A stretch of 64,000 bases of DNA from Malacoraja senta (lineage: Eukaryota), in assembly GCA_038087875.1 (NCBI GenBank), contig CM075990.1, positions 5,954,001 to 6,018,000 on the forward strand. Reading direction: 5' to 3'. The notes under the pieces were generated by a model that was not told where the DNA came from, made no database searches, and saw nothing but the letters and a program-made list of their open reading frames with translations. Within the stretch, counting starts at the first letter, position 1. The number at the start of each line of letters is the position of its first letter. The position numbers were made by a program, and so were the translations under genes. Below are positions 1 through 13,934 of this stretch, one piece after another.

Positions 1-833
1 TCATATATCCCAGACAGGACAACAGAATTCTTACTTACCGCAGCACAACAGAATATGGAAACATAGTACATAATGGGGGGGGGGGGGGGGGGAGGTTTAA
101 TGTGTGTATATACACATGCACACATAATAATTAAACAAATATAGTGTAATAATAATGATAGTCTGTTGTAGTTCAGAGCTTATCTGTTGTCGTGTTTAAT
201 AGCCTGATGGCTGTAGGGAAGAAGCTGTTGCAATAAGTGATAGCCCTTGATCTGAATTACAGAATGGTTGATGAAAAGATGGTAACTTGGAGTGCTGTGA
301 GTAAACTAGATAAAAGATAAAACGACAGAGTAAAAATGGAAGATATATTGAATAGGTCAGTGGGGAAATATGAAGGTCAATCAGCATTTAGGGAAATGAA
401 AATCTAGTTTTTCAGGTGCATTCACTGGGATACAGGTCCACAATGTATTAATCTATCTACTATTGTCCTCATTCCTGTTGGCTGATATATATATATTTTA
501 CATTTTATTTATGTCATATTTTAAATAATTTGGGGTTTGAGTTTTCAAAGCTGAATTATGGAAAGTAATCTTAAAAACAAAAACTGATATATGGCATCAT
601 CCTTTGTTCCAAAGGCTTAAAAAATATTTTTTTACAAAAAATATCTCAATCCTGGCTTCATAATTAATAATTAAAAGTGTAACAGCCATCTTACAGTACA
701 CTTATTTTGTAACATAATTTCTAAAAGATCTAGCTGCAACTTGTAGTCCTCAACAATAGAAATAGCTTTTCTTTTTCTACTGTTAAGAGTTAAGATTGGG
801 TCATCCATTGACCTGCTAGATTCTAAAGAATAT

Positions 834-2130
834 AATTTTGGTTTCCTAATTTGAGGAAGGACATTATTGCTATTGAGGGAGTACAGTGTAGGTTCACCAG
901 GTTATTTCCCGGGATGGCTGGACTTACATACCACATTCCTCAACTCCAAGAAGACGAAGGAAATTATTGTTGACTTCAGGAAGAACAGAGGGGGCAGACA
1001 TACCCCCATCCATATAAACGGGACTGAGGTGGAGCGCGTCTCCAACTACAAATTCCTCGGGGTACACATCTCGGAGGATCTGTCCTGGTCCCTCAATACC
1101 TCCAAACTGATCAAAAAGGCGCAGCAGCGCCTTTACTTCCTGAGGAGGCTCAAGAAAGCTCACCTGTCCCACCAGATCCTGACCAACTTTCACCGCTGTA
1201 CCATCGAAAGCATCCTGACCACCTGCATCACGGTATGGTACAGCAGTTGCACGGTAGCTGACAGGAAGGCACTACAACGGGTGGTGAAAAACGCTCAGTA
1301 CATCATCGGTGCCCCGCTCCCTGCAATGGATGCCCTCCACCGAAAACGGTGTCTGAGACGGGCCGGGAAGATCATCAAGGACCCCTCCCACCCTAACCAT
1401 GGACTGTTTGCCCTCCTCCAATCAGGGAGGCGGTACAGAAGCCTCAGGTCTCGTACAAGTAGGATGAGGAACAGCTTCTTCAACAACACTATCACATTGC
1501 TGAACTCGGAGTCCCGCCGATAGATTTCTCCAGTCTCTCCGTCCACATTGTTTGCTTATTCTGTATTTTTATTCTGTATATTATCCTTATTCTGTATTTT
1601 TATTTCTATATTGCACTATTACTACGAACAGACACTAAACTGCATTTCGTTGTACCCATACTTGTATCTGTGCAATGACAATAAAGTTGAATTGAATTGA
1701 ATGGGTCGCCTGGGCTTGTACTCACTGGAATTTAGAAGGATGAGAGGGATTCTTATGGAAACATATAAAATTCTTAAAGGATTGGACAGGCTAGATGCAG
1801 GAAAAATGTTCCCGATTGGGGAGTCCAGAACCAGAGGTCACAGTTTAAGAATAAGGGGTAGGCCATTTAGGACTGAGATGAGGAAAAATGTCTTCACCCA
1901 GAGAGTTGTGAATCTGTGGAATTCTCTGTCACAGAAGGCAGTGGAGGCGAATTCACTGGATGTTTTCAAGAGTGTTAGATTTAGCTCTTTGAGCTAAAGG
2001 AATCAAGGGATATGGGGAAAAAGCAGGAACGGGGTACTGATTTTAGATGATCAGCCATGATCATATTGGATGGCGGTGCTGGCTCGAAGGGCCGAATGGC
2101 CTATTCCTGCACCTATTTTTCTATGTTTCT
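834..2130 (+). mobile_element. CR1 LINE 3' fragment (834-930 and 1701-2130) interrupted by a Rex1 insertion
   Basis: RKDIIAIEGVQ.. and LGLYSLEFRRMRG..FTQRVVNLWNSL ORF2 tail, followed by the 3'UTR stem and (tttctatg) end. Confidence 0.85.
931..1700 (+). mobile_element. Rex1/Babar non-LTR retrotransposon, 5'-truncated (post-RT C-terminus plus 3'UTR, (TTGAA)n tail)
   Basis: KTKEIIVDFRK..KFLGVHISEDLSWS..KAQQRLYFLRRL..SGRRYRS, then caatgacaataaa and ttgaattgaattga. Confidence 0.88.
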
Positions 2131-2588
2131 AATCCTTGTTTACGCAATCACTTTCACATTTATCACAGAATCTTGTAAATCCATACTACACACTCTCCAA
2201 GGCTAATATGTTTCGCTCAAAACATGTTACCTAGATTTAAAAAAAAGAATCTCTAGGATAGAGTGTCACTATCAAGGCCGATATTTATTGGCAATCTCTA
2301 AATGGTGAAGAACCGCATCCTTTTACTGCTGAAATCTCTCTGATGAAGGGTCTCCCTCAGTGTTTTTGAGTAGGGAGCTCCAGGACTGAGAATCTATAAA
2401 GGAGAATTAATATATTTCCAAATAAAGAAATGTGCGACTTGCATAAAAGACTTTCAGCTAAGTATCATTTTTATGTGCCTACAGAGTTTGTTCTTCTGGT
2501 TGGTAGAGGTCATGGGTTTGGTAAAAGGGGTCAAAGTAACCTCATTGATTGCAGTTGGACAAAAAAGCTGGAGAAACTCAGTGGGTGA

Positions 2589-2893
2589 TAGCCCTGTCCC
2601 ACGGTACGAGTTCATTCCAAGAGCTCTCCCGAGTTTAAAAAAAATCAAAAACTCGTGGTAAGCACGGAGAATGAACGTAGCGGGTACGTCGGAGCTCGGG
2701 GACGTCTCTTAGCGGCTCGTAACATTAACGGCAGGTAAGCATGGGAAGACTCGTGAAGATTTCTCAACATGTTGAAAAATGTCCACGAGAGCCCCGAGTA
2801 CCGACGAGTGGCCATGACCGTAAATCTCCGAGTTCGTATCAGGGCAAACTCGGGAGAGCTCTTGGAATGAACTCGTACCGTGGGACAGGGCTT
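2589..2893. mobile_element. Harbinger/PIF-type MITE
   Basis: 47-bp perfect terminal inverted repeats (agccctgtcccacggtacgag...), 3-bp TSD TGA, no ORF. Inserted in a Penelope-derived repeat. Confidence 0.85.
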
Positions 2894-3389
2894 TGAGGCA
2901 GCATCTATGGAGCGAAGGAATAGGCAACGTCTCGGGTCAAGACCATTCTTCAGACTTCTCGATCCGAAACATCACCTATTCCTTCATTCCATAGATGCTG
3001 CTTCACCCACTGAGTTTCTCCAGCTTTTTTGTCTACCTTTGATTTTTCCAGCATCTGCAGTTCTTTCTTAATCATCGATTGGAGTAATGTGTTCTGTTGT
3101 GTTTTAAGAAAATATTCATCTTTGGGATTTTAATATTGCTAGCAGGGTCAGCATTTATTGCCCATCCCTTAGAGTATTACCCTTGAGAAGGAGGCGAAGT
3201 ATGGCATTGTTGAACTGCAGCAGCCCGACTGGAAAAGGTACTACCATAGTGCAGTTAGGCCAAGAAACAATTGGATTTGGACCAAGTAAAAATGATGAGT
3301 CAGTGATATATTTCCATGGTAGGATTCAGTGCAACTGGAATGGTATCCTGCTGGTGATGCACTTGCTACCCTTCTCTTTCCAGGTGGGA

Positions 3390-3990
3390 GAGTTTAGTTT
3401 ATTGTCACGTGTACCAAGGTACAGTGAAAAGCTTTTGTTGCGTACTATCCAGTCAAAAGACAGACAATACATGATTACAATTGAGCCATTACAATGTACA
3501 GATACATGATAAAGGGATAACGTTTAGTACCAGGTTACGCCAGCAAAGACCAATCAAGGATAGTCTGAGGGTCACCAATGAGGTAGATAGTAGTTCAGCA
3601 TGCACTCTGGTTGTGGTAGGATGATTCAGTTACCAGATAACAGCTGGGAAGAAACAGTCACTGAAACTGGAGGTGTGCGCTTTCACACTTCTATACCTTT
3701 TGCCTGATGGGAGAAGGGTGCAACTCATTCTTGATTATGCTGCTGGCCTTGCTGAGGCAGCATGAGGTATAAATGGAGTCAATAGATGCAAGGTTGGTTT
3801 GTGTTTTGGTCTGGGCTGTGTCCACAATTCTCTGCAATTTCTTGCGGTCTTGAATGGAGCTGTCTCAAACCAAGTTGTGATGCATCCTGATAAAATGCGT
3901 TCAATGGTGCATCTGTCGAGGTTGGTGAGTTGTAGGGGACATGCTGAACTTCCTCAGCCTTCTAAGGAAGTAGACACGTGGGTATGTTTG
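3390..3990 (-). mobile_element. Degenerate Rex1/Babar 3' fragment
   Basis: Minus-strand remnants RVYFLRRLRKFSMSP and a 3'UTR ending aataaactaaact. Related tails at about 22915-23190, 13360-13920 (+), 33300-33930 and 35570-36210 (+). Confidence 0.65.
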
Positions 3991-6886
3991 AGTTTGAGAA
4001 TTTAGGAGGTACTGTTGGAATAGTCGGAGCAAGTATTGGCAATGCATTTTATACATCATATGCATTGCAGCCACTCTGTAGGTCATGAATGTTAAGAGTA
4101 CTGATGGATGACAATCAGATGGACCGCTTTGGCCTGGAGCGTTGCTGGCACTGCACACATTTATGCAAGTGGAGAGTGTTCCATTGTACTCATGTGATGT
4201 GCCTTGTAAATGGTAGAAAGGGGTGTCAGGAGTTACAGTATACCCAGCAAATTCTGATACAAACTTAAAATCAAGTTAGCTGAAAGTATTGAATATATGT
4301 GGCTTGCTTTATCTGAATTTTATTAGTAATAAATATACTTTGTAATGTTAATGTTTGTCACCTATCTTTCCCTGCTGAACTGCCCGATTTGCTGGACATT
4401 CCCTCCAACTCTGATCTGCATTTCACAGCTTTTATGTCACTTGGTTTGTTCTCTCTTTCCCAATGTCTTCATTAAACAATCAAAGAGATGTCTTTGTGTG
4501 TGTGCTTAGTAGACCATTGGCAACCCTGGTCTCAATTTATCAGAGATACTCCTTTCGACCTATTCATTCCTCCCCCACTTTCTCGGCTATTTAAAACTAA
4601 CGATTTCTCTCTTTTCCTATTCCATATAAGTACCTTTGTCCTGAAATCCAAAATACATGCCCGAGATGTGCAGGTGAACAGGATGTGCAGGAGGAATCTG
4701 GCAGTAATGGTGTTCCTTTGTAACTGCTGTTACTGCTTTTGTTTTAACAATTTAATATATTGTATTGAAATGGAAAGAAATCCTATCCTATGACATTGAG
4801 TCATAATTCAACAATACTTTTGAATTCAGATTTGTTATAATGTCTTTCAAGGGATACTTTCAAGGGAGAGCTAGATAGGGCTCTTAAAGATAGCGGTCAG
4901 GGGATATGGGGAGAAGGCAGGAGCAGGGTACTGATTGGGGATGATCAGCCACGATCACATTGAATGGTGGTGCTGGCTCGAAGGGCCGAATGGCCTACTC
5001 CTGCACCTATTGTCTATTGTCTATTATCTGTTGTATCATATAATTGATCAGCCAAGTCTCCAGCTTTGCCTATTAAAAGGGTAACGTTTTCTCTACAAAA
5101 TATTAAATAAACCAGGCTTTCGTTCCATCCCAATGCAAGCACATAATTAAAAGCCATAGCAAAAATTGAATTGAAAATCATCCCAGAACTTCAAAAGTGT
5201 GAGAAAAAAACCCACCAAACAAGGTTCCGACATAATACTCCCACATGTAAAACGAAGATATCCACAGCATTAACTTTCCAAGTTGCAGATATGAAATAAC
5301 AGCCCAGAAATCCATCTGTGAAGTTCAACCTACATCAAAGGGTTGTTGTGCCCCACAGAGAAATTGAGCAGTGCCCACAGCCCGAGATATTCTGTGGTAC
5401 TGAATCACTAAAACAATTCCCGTTTGATTCCTCTTAGCGAAGTGCATGACCTCAATTTCCATACATTTAGGGCGTCACGGTTGTGCAGAGGTAGTTGCTG
5501 CCTTACATCGCAAGAGACCTGGGTTCAATCCCGACTACGGGTGCTGTCTGTATGGACATTGCATGGACTCTCCCCGTGTCCACTGGAGGGATGTTCTCTG
5601 TGTAGCAGACCCTCCAGGGAGCTCCCGCTATTGTTTACAAGAAAGGTCTCTGTAATAAGTCCAGTCTATGACTACCTGCACTTTGTGAATATCTGCAACA
5701 ATAGCAAATCCCCATTTAGCCTTCGCCTGCGGACTGAAAAAAAAATAGATTACATCTTGTGCCCATGAATTTAGAGGTTGGATGCCTTCCTAATGTAGCA
5801 GTGAACAGAAAAATCGTGAGATGTAACAAAGATCTATGACAGTGGTTTGGAAGCTGTGACTGACATTGACCTTGACTTTAACTGAGAGCAGTTAAGTTAA
5901 ATGCATAAGGCTGCATGAGAGATTGCAAGAGGTTCTTAAGTGATAGGAGCAGAATTAGGCCATTCGGCCCATCAAGTCTACTCTGCCATTCAATCATGGC
6001 TGATCTATCTTTCCCTCTTAACCCCATTCACCTGCCTTCTCTCCATAACCCTTGATACCCATAGTTACACATCTCAATGAGTGCCATTTTGGTGAAGCAT
6101 AACAGCAGAGATTTTTAGCTATGAACATAAGTTCATCTAAACTCTAAGTTAACAGGGACTTGTTCGATGAGCACTTCTATGCACCTTCCACTTGGTCCTC
6201 CAGCTGACTCATTACCTCCAATGCATATAACCTATCGTCAAGCACTCCAGCAAAAGATGTGTAAATAAAATCTAAACAAAAGTTTCAGCAAAATTTAATT
6301 ACTCTTATATTCAGCCTTCTTGCAGAATGATGTTATTAAATATTATTAAATGTATGGACATGCTGTTTAAGTTTATGTTGTGATTCTAATATTGCAGTTA
6401 AGGAGCGTGCCTGGTTTGTTACAATGTAAGAAGAAATATTCTGCACGGTGATTTGAAAAATCAAAGCTACAAGTTCAGCCTGGTATATAAATCTTCCTTT
6501 TGAAATATAAACTGAGTATTAACTCATTCATGCATAAGGAAAATACAGAAATTCTAATCTTCACTTTCCTCCTTCCTTGCTTGCTGTGCCTCTATGCTAA
6601 GATTCTGAACCCAGAAGTCACAATTTTTGGTCAGAGATGTTGAAAATGTAATCTCCATTTGCAAAGTGCATCAGTTTGTGGTCATCTGTGCAGTGTTCCC
6701 TTGCCAAGAACGAAATGGTATGATTTATTTAAAAAGTGGGTTAACACCAAATCTTAATAGCCTTGGGCTCGCCACACTGCCCTTGGATTCTTGCCAATGG
6801 TTTTGCCTTTGAGGCGAAACTGCGGTTAGAGATTTATGTCATAATTGAGAAGTGTTTGTGCTCCTTTCCATCTGAGCTAATGTAAA

Positions 6887-7510
6887 AGGATTTGAGTATA
6901 GGAGCAGGGAGGTTCTACTGCAGTTGTACAGGGCCTTGGTGAGACCACACCTGGAGTATTGCGTACAGTTTTGGTCTCCTAATGTGAGGAAAGACATTCT
7001 TGCCATAGAGGGAGTACAGAGAAGGTTCACCAGACTGATTCCTGGGATGGCAGGACTTTCATATGAAGAAAGACTGGATAGACTCAGCTTGTACACGCTA
7101 GAATTTAGAAGATTGAGGGGGGATCTTATAGAAACTTACAAAATTCTTAAGGGGTTGGACAGGCTAGATGCAGGAAGATTATTCCCGATGTTGGGGAAGT
7201 CCAGAACTAGGGGGGTCACAGTTTAAGGATAAGAGGGAAGTCTTTTAGGACTATGAGAAAATCATTTTTTACACAGAGATTGGTGAATCTGTGGAATTCT
7301 CTGCCACAGAAGGTAGTCGAGGCCAGTTCATTGGCTATATTTAAGAGGGAGTTAGATGTGGCCCTTGTGGCTAAAGGGATCAGGGGGTATGGAGAGAAGG
7401 CAGGGATTGGATACTAAGTTGGATGATCAGCCATGATCATATCGAATGGCGGTGCAGGCTCGAAGGGCCGAATGGCCTACTCCTGCACCTATTTTCTATG
7501 TTTCTATGTT
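6887..7510 (+). mobile_element. CR1 LINE 3' fragment
   Basis: YRALVRPHLEYCVQFWSP..RRFTRLIPGM, then 3'UTR with (tttctatg)n tail. Confidence 0.92.
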
Positions 7511-9713
7511 CTGTCTTTCAAGTAGCCTGGATATATATGCAGTTAAATCCTGAATCTGTACCCCAATCTCAATTTAATCTCACTGCCTTCTACTCCACTA
7601 TTTACTTCCATCCCCAGCCAACTGTCAAGTAAATATTGATTCACCGACTGACATATTTGCCCCTCCGTGACACACTGGTCAACCTGAGGAGCACCTTCAG
7701 CAACAGACTGGTCCAACCAAGGTGCAGCACAGAATGTTGCATAAGATCCTTTTTCCCTGTGCCTATCAAACTGTACAACTGCTCCCCTTCTGTCGTGGGG
7801 TAGACTGACTCCCCCCTCCCCATCTTTGCACATCGCTCATCCTGGAGTTTTCCACTCGATTATTTAATTTCATTATTATTAGAATGCACATGGCATTTTT
7901 AATGCCTTGTATCTGTATCTTTTGACTGGCGGCAGACCAATTTCCCTCTGGGATAAATAAAGGTGTATCATATCGTATTGTATCATATTTGTTCAAGCTG
8001 ACTCTTGTCTACCCTGCTCCCTTACCCCCTCCAAAACCTTGCCATAGTTGTTGCTCTACATTGCCTTTGGAACAGATTGGCCACTGTGTTTAAAGTCTTC
8101 ATTTTTGTTCTCAAATTCCCCAATAGATTATACTTCTTATTTTCTCCAATGTTTTTAATTTCTCCTGCATTGACCCTACATGGGACCATCTCTGCCTCTT
8201 ACACACCCACTTTCCACATCAGCCCAACCATTGCCAGCTGTGTCATAAGTTGGTTCATCCTTACAATCTGGAATTTCCTTCCTAAATCTCTTGTACGTCA
8301 CTTCCCACAAACCACTTCTTTAACCAAACAATAATGTTGATGTCGAGCACATTGGGATATTTTGCAACTTAGAAATGCAATAAAAATATAGGCTGTTGTG
8401 GGTGACATCTTGGTATAAAAAGAATATTTCCAGCTTGCAAAGTACTTGTGAAAATAAATTGCAAGCAAAATTAGTATGAAGGAGCTGCAGATGCTGGTTT
8501 AAACTGAAGATAGACAACAACAAAAAGCTGGAGTAACTCAGCGGATCAGACAGCATCTCTGGAGAAAAGGAATTGGTGACGTTTCAGCTCTTAACCTGAA
8601 GAAGGGTCTCGACCTAAAACATCACCTACTTTTCTCCAGAAATGCTGTCTGACCAACAACATTATGAAAATGGGCCTCTTCTGCTTTGAGCTTTCTTCTG
8701 GGAAGCACAAATAAGAAGACATCGCATTTTCAGCAGCACTCCAGTTAAAATCGCTAACTGTGCCAGGTATGTATAAGTTTGCACGTGTATAAAGGTTTTA
8801 GGGATGTTTCACCTTCACCTTCAATCTGTTATCATTTTTACTGAGAAGGGAATAGGATATTTAAGATATTTTGAATTAATTTATTAAGTTGGTCACACAA
8901 TTCCATGAATCATGATAATTTAACCAGGAGTTCAAATTAAGGCAAATAAATTATTTGTGGTTAATGGGACATAGAAGGATGTGTTAGAATTTACTTTATC
9001 TTTCATCTCCTTGGGAAATGGAATTCCATTATCTCTTCTTTGGCTGAAGCCCATGGATTTTTTTTGTGCTAATATCTAATACTGGGAGAGATTTCAAGAC
9101 AGTAAATGTTCAAGGATATTAGAAGGCATGAAATACAAAAGTATATATTTTTTAAGTTTCCTTCCTCAATTGTAGTCTTGAAGTTAATATCGGGCACATA
9201 ATAATTATTTAATTTAGGTTGTGGCAATGAGTGGCAGCTTGATTACTGAATATTAGTTAATTTGCATTTAATTTCAACAACTTCTAAGCATATGACCTTA
9301 TCTGAAACGATTGCCAAGAGATATTTTCCCATTGTACACTGCAGAAATGTTTATAGTTAAGTGATGGCAGTGTATGTTTGCTTCCTCTGTTCACTTCCTC
9401 TGTCACTAAATAAAATATAAAAAAATAATAACTGGATTTTACCTTAATTTCGCCATTAAGCACTACCTCTCAATTTCAGTTAATTAGTACATGTTTTTTT
9501 GTCTATTACAATAAATGGCAGATCATTTTGACCTGTTGGTGACTCCACAAGGGATTCATCATAAGTACACAAGGATATTGTGAGGATCATAAAGCAGATG
9601 AAAGATACATTTTGTTTAAAGGTTCATCAGAACAAGGAGAGGTTTACCAAAAAAAAGTTATTAAAAAATCGCTCTCATATACTACTTTTCACAACCAAAG
9701 GACAAATTTATTA

Positions 9714-11350
9714 TAGACAATAGACAATAGACAATAGGTGCAGGAGTAGGCCATTCGGCCCTTCGAGCCAGCACCGCCGTTCAATGTGATCATGGCTGAT
9801 CATCACCAATCAGTACCCCGTTCCTGCCTTCTCCCCATATCCCCTGACTCCGCTATCTTTAAGAGCCCTATCTAGCTCTCTCTTGAAAGTATCCAGAGAA
9901 CCGGCCTCTGAGGCAGAGAATTCCACAGACTGACAACTCTCTGTGAGAAAAAGTGTTTCCTCGTCTCCGTTCTAAATGGCTTACCCCTTATTCTTAAACC
10001 GTGGCCCCCTGGTACTGGACTCCCCCAACATGTTTCCTGCCTCTAGCGTGTCCAAACCCTTAACAATCTTACATGTTTCAATAAGATTCCCTCTCATCCT
10101 TCTAAACTCCAGAGTGTACAAGCCCAGCCGCTCCATTCACTCAGCATATGACAGTCCCGCCATTCCGGGAATTAACCTTGTAAACCTACGCTGCACTCCC
10201 TCAATAGCAAGAATGTCCTTCCTCAAATTAGGGGACCAAAACTGCACACAATACTCCAGGTGTGGTCTCACTAGGGCCCTGTACAACTGCAGAAGGACCT
10301 CTTTGCTCCTATACTCGACTCCTCTGCCATTCGCTTTCTTCACTGCCTGCTGTACCTGCATGCTTACTTTCATAGACTGATGAACAAGGACCCCCAGATC
10401 CCGTTGTACTTCCTCTTTTCCCAACTTGACACCATTTAGATAGTAATCTGCCTTCCTGTTTTTAATACCAAAGTGGATAACCTCACATTTATCCACGTTA
10501 AACTGCATCTGCCATGCATTTGCCCACTCACCCAACCTGCCCAAGTCACCCGGCATTCTCATAGCATCCTCCTCACAGTTCACCCAGCTTTGTGCCATCT
10601 GCAAATTTGCTAATGTTACTTTGAATCCCTTCATCCAAATCATTGATGTATATTGTAAATAGCTGTGGTCCCAGCACCGAGCCTTGCGGTACCCCACTAG
10701 TCACTGCCTGCCATTCTGAAAGGGACCTGTTAATCCCTACTCTTTGTTTCCTGTCTGCCAACCAATTTTCTATCCATGTCAGCACTCTATCCCCAATACC
10801 ATGTGCCCTAATTTTGCCCACTAATCTCCTATGTGGGACTTTATCAAATGCTTTCTGAAAGTCCAGGTACACTACATTCACTGGCTCTCCCTTGCCCATT
10901 TTCCATTTTATATCCTCAAAAAAATTCCAGAAAACTAGTCAAGCATGATTTCCCCTTCGTAAATCCATGCTTACTCGGAGCGATCCTGTTACTGCTATCC
11001 AAATGTGCCGCTATTTCATCTTTTATAATTGACTCCAGCAACTTCCCCACCACCGATGTCAGGCTAACTGATCTATAATTCCCTGTTTTCTCTCTCCCAC
11101 CTTTCTTAAAAAGTTGGCTTACATTAGCTACCCCTTCCATCCACAGGAACTGATCCTGAATCTATAGAACATTGGAAAATTATCACCAATGCATCCACGA
11201 TTTCTAGAGCCAATTCCTTAAGTACCCTGGGATGCAGATCATCAGGCCCTGGGGATTTATCAGCTTTCAGTCCCATCAGTCTACCCAACACCATTTCCTG
11301 CCTAATGTGTATTTGCTTCAGTTCCTCCGTCATCCCAGATCCTCTGGCCA
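9714..11350 (-). mobile_element. CR1 LINE, 5'-truncated, frameshifted RT
   Basis: [44 protein letters not shown], and an (attgtct)n tail. Confidence 0.93.
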
Positions 11351-12354
11351 CACAGCGGGCAATTGAGCACATAAATGAACCACCACAAAGAACATGAAAT
11401 AATGAGAAGAATTGGAACAGCTTTACCAATGCTTGGAGTTTACAAGGTTGCTTGACGTTATAAACGTTTCCTCTTTAGCAAGAGCTGACACTTTGCTTAC
11501 TTCAGAATTGCCATTTAAATCATTTGCCAACAGACAAAAGCATATGCGGGACTACAACATTGCAATATTACAGTAAAACATGACATCAAGTATGAGCAGG
11601 GACCATGCAGACACGGACAAGCTCCTGGAAGTTCTAGAGGAGTAGGGGAAAAGGACTCTCTTAGGAGGTAGTGTCTATCCAGTGGATTCAGAAACCCTTT
11701 CTCCCATTTGAACTCCATGATGGAACATCATGGGATATATCCATGTTTCAATTACTATTAAAACACAAAGTACTTGTGCTATAACACCAGGAATAAACTC
11801 TCAACCAAGAAAACCAGGCCCAAAGATAAAGTAGTATCTAAACTGCTTATACACACTTATGCCAAGGACATATGAAATAATAAGCTATATCTACATGTGA
11901 ACAGGCACATAAAAAACGATTGTGTAAATCCAAGTATGTAATTGGGGTTATCAAGTCCCTTCACTGGTGTTTCATTGAGTTTGGCCCATGTCACCTCGGA
12001 AAGGCTCAACAGTTAGTGCAGGTGTCCCAGAACCATCCCCTTCAACACCCGCTCTTCACAACTTCTTTATAACATCACCCAATGTTCACATTCTTTTCTA
12101 TCAATGTGAATTGCCTGCACTACAGCAGGAAATAAAACTGATGCTCTCCCTCCCATTCCCTGACAGTATTCTGAGAAGCGCAGCAAGCCCACGGTGCTCA
12201 AGTTACAACCATCTGAAGGTATAGCTGAGGTATCAATCCTATGGTCTTTTGTCTTGATCACACCAACTGTGACACCTCCATTATCCTCAACTCCTTTATG
12301 ATTCGCTCTTCCCTTAAGTACAACAATCCTCTTTGATTCTGACTTTCCTCAATC

Positions 12355-12895
12355 CAAGTAAATTGCTCATCCCCAATTTTAATTATTCTACCGCCCCAAT
12401 TTTAATTAATCTACTGTCCTCGTTTTAATTAATCTACTGTCCTAATTGCATTTACTCTAGCACAGGCCGCTATCAAACTCTCAAATCCTAAACTCTCTCC
12501 TTCTTCCTCTTTTAAGATTGGCCTTTAAATGTATCTTTTTGAACAAGCTCTCATCACCCTGTTTAAATACATGTATGTGTCATTCCATATTAGTTGATTA
12601 CATTTGTATGAAGCACCATTGGATGTTTTAACATTGATCTACTGTCCTAGTTTTAATTAATCTACTGTTCTAACTTTAATTAATCTACTGTCCTAATTTT
12701 AATTACTCTAGCACAGGCTACTATCAAACTGTTCCAACCCTAAACTCTCTACCTCTTTAAGGTACGTACCTTTTAAGAAACGTCTTTAAATTATCGTTTT
12801 GAGCAAGTTCTTGGCACCCTTTATTAATACATGTTTGTGTAATTCCATATTAATTGATTATATTCGTATGAAGCACCATGGGATGTTTTAACACA
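12355..12895. repeat. Local tandem duplication (about 260-bp period) with about 22-bp aattttaattaatctactgtcct subrepeats
   Basis: ttactctagcacaggc..atcaaact..gtatgaagcacca.ggatgttttaaca occurs twice. Confidence 0.8.
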
Positions 12896-13032
12896 GATAT
12901 AAGCTGTTAGTATATTGGTATATGATCCAGCATATGAAGACATCTCATATAACACAGGAACACACGATGAACATATTTTGAAACTTTACTGAGCCAGATA
13001 GTGATCCAGATCTGCTCACCAAATATACTCAC

Positions 13033-13180
13033 AAGTGTACAGTTCTTGCAGGGTATCTTCTCCTGAACGCCAGTCATAGATAAGAGTGTGAAGATCCCTA
13101 GATTATGCAGTGTTTCCTGAAGACTTTCCCCGTAGAATGCTTTGGGTTGTAATTCCGAAGTCATATAGTGAAGCTGCTGC
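13033..13180 (-). CDS. MTTPL: MTTP-like exon 7 ((R)QQLHYMTSELQPKAFYGESLQETLHNLGIFTLLSMTGVQEKIPCKNCTL)
   Basis: Acceptor ctctcacaccag|, donor CTT|gtgagt, 148 bp, phase 2 to 0. Matches MTTP KQKLELK...HCKGCPS including the CxxC pair. Confidence 0.82.
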
Positions 13181-13934
13181 CTGGTGTGAGAGATAGTTGC
13201 TTCACTCAGTTGAATCAAATAACTGCATACTCTACCATTTCAGACATGAAATACTACAACAAACTTGAAAAAATCCAGCACCAAAAAATAAACACGATAC
13301 CATCAGATTTAAACAGAAAAATTGATTAAATATAGTAAATGCAAAATTAGTGATGCAGTCTTGATAAAAATGACTCTTAGCAATTTCTGCAAATGCACTG
13401 TAGAAAGCATCTCATCAGAGTACATCTCAATTTGGTTTGGCAACACTGCCCAAGAAGCAAGAAACTGCAGAGTTGTGAACGTAGCCCAGTTCATCACACA
13501 GGTCAGTTTCCCACGACGCCCCACATAATTCCATCTAAAATACATGCTACTTCCGCAAAGCAGTCAACATAAACAAGGACCACTCATACCCTAGTAATTT
13601 TCTCTTCTCCTCTCTGCCATCGGGCAGTAGATATAAAAGCTGGAAAGCATGTACCACCATATTCAAGAACATCTTCCTCCCCACTGTTAGCAGAGTCTTG
13701 AATCTTACGGATGTATTTCCCAATCTTCCAATCAACCATGTTGCAGCCCTATCACTTTTTTTAATCTGCACGGTCCATGTTGCTGTAACACTATATTCTA
13801 CACTGTTTATTTTCTTTTTTGCACTTCCTGAAGCACTCATATGTGATATGATTTGGCTGAATAACATGTAAAACAAAGTTTTCCACTACATCTTGATGCA
13901 TGTGGCAATATTAATAAACCAAACCAATACCGCC

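Noticed and set aside
12355..12700. Short periodic repeats resembling a CRISPR array
   Set aside because: Eukaryotic tandem minisatellite without unique spacers or cas genes.
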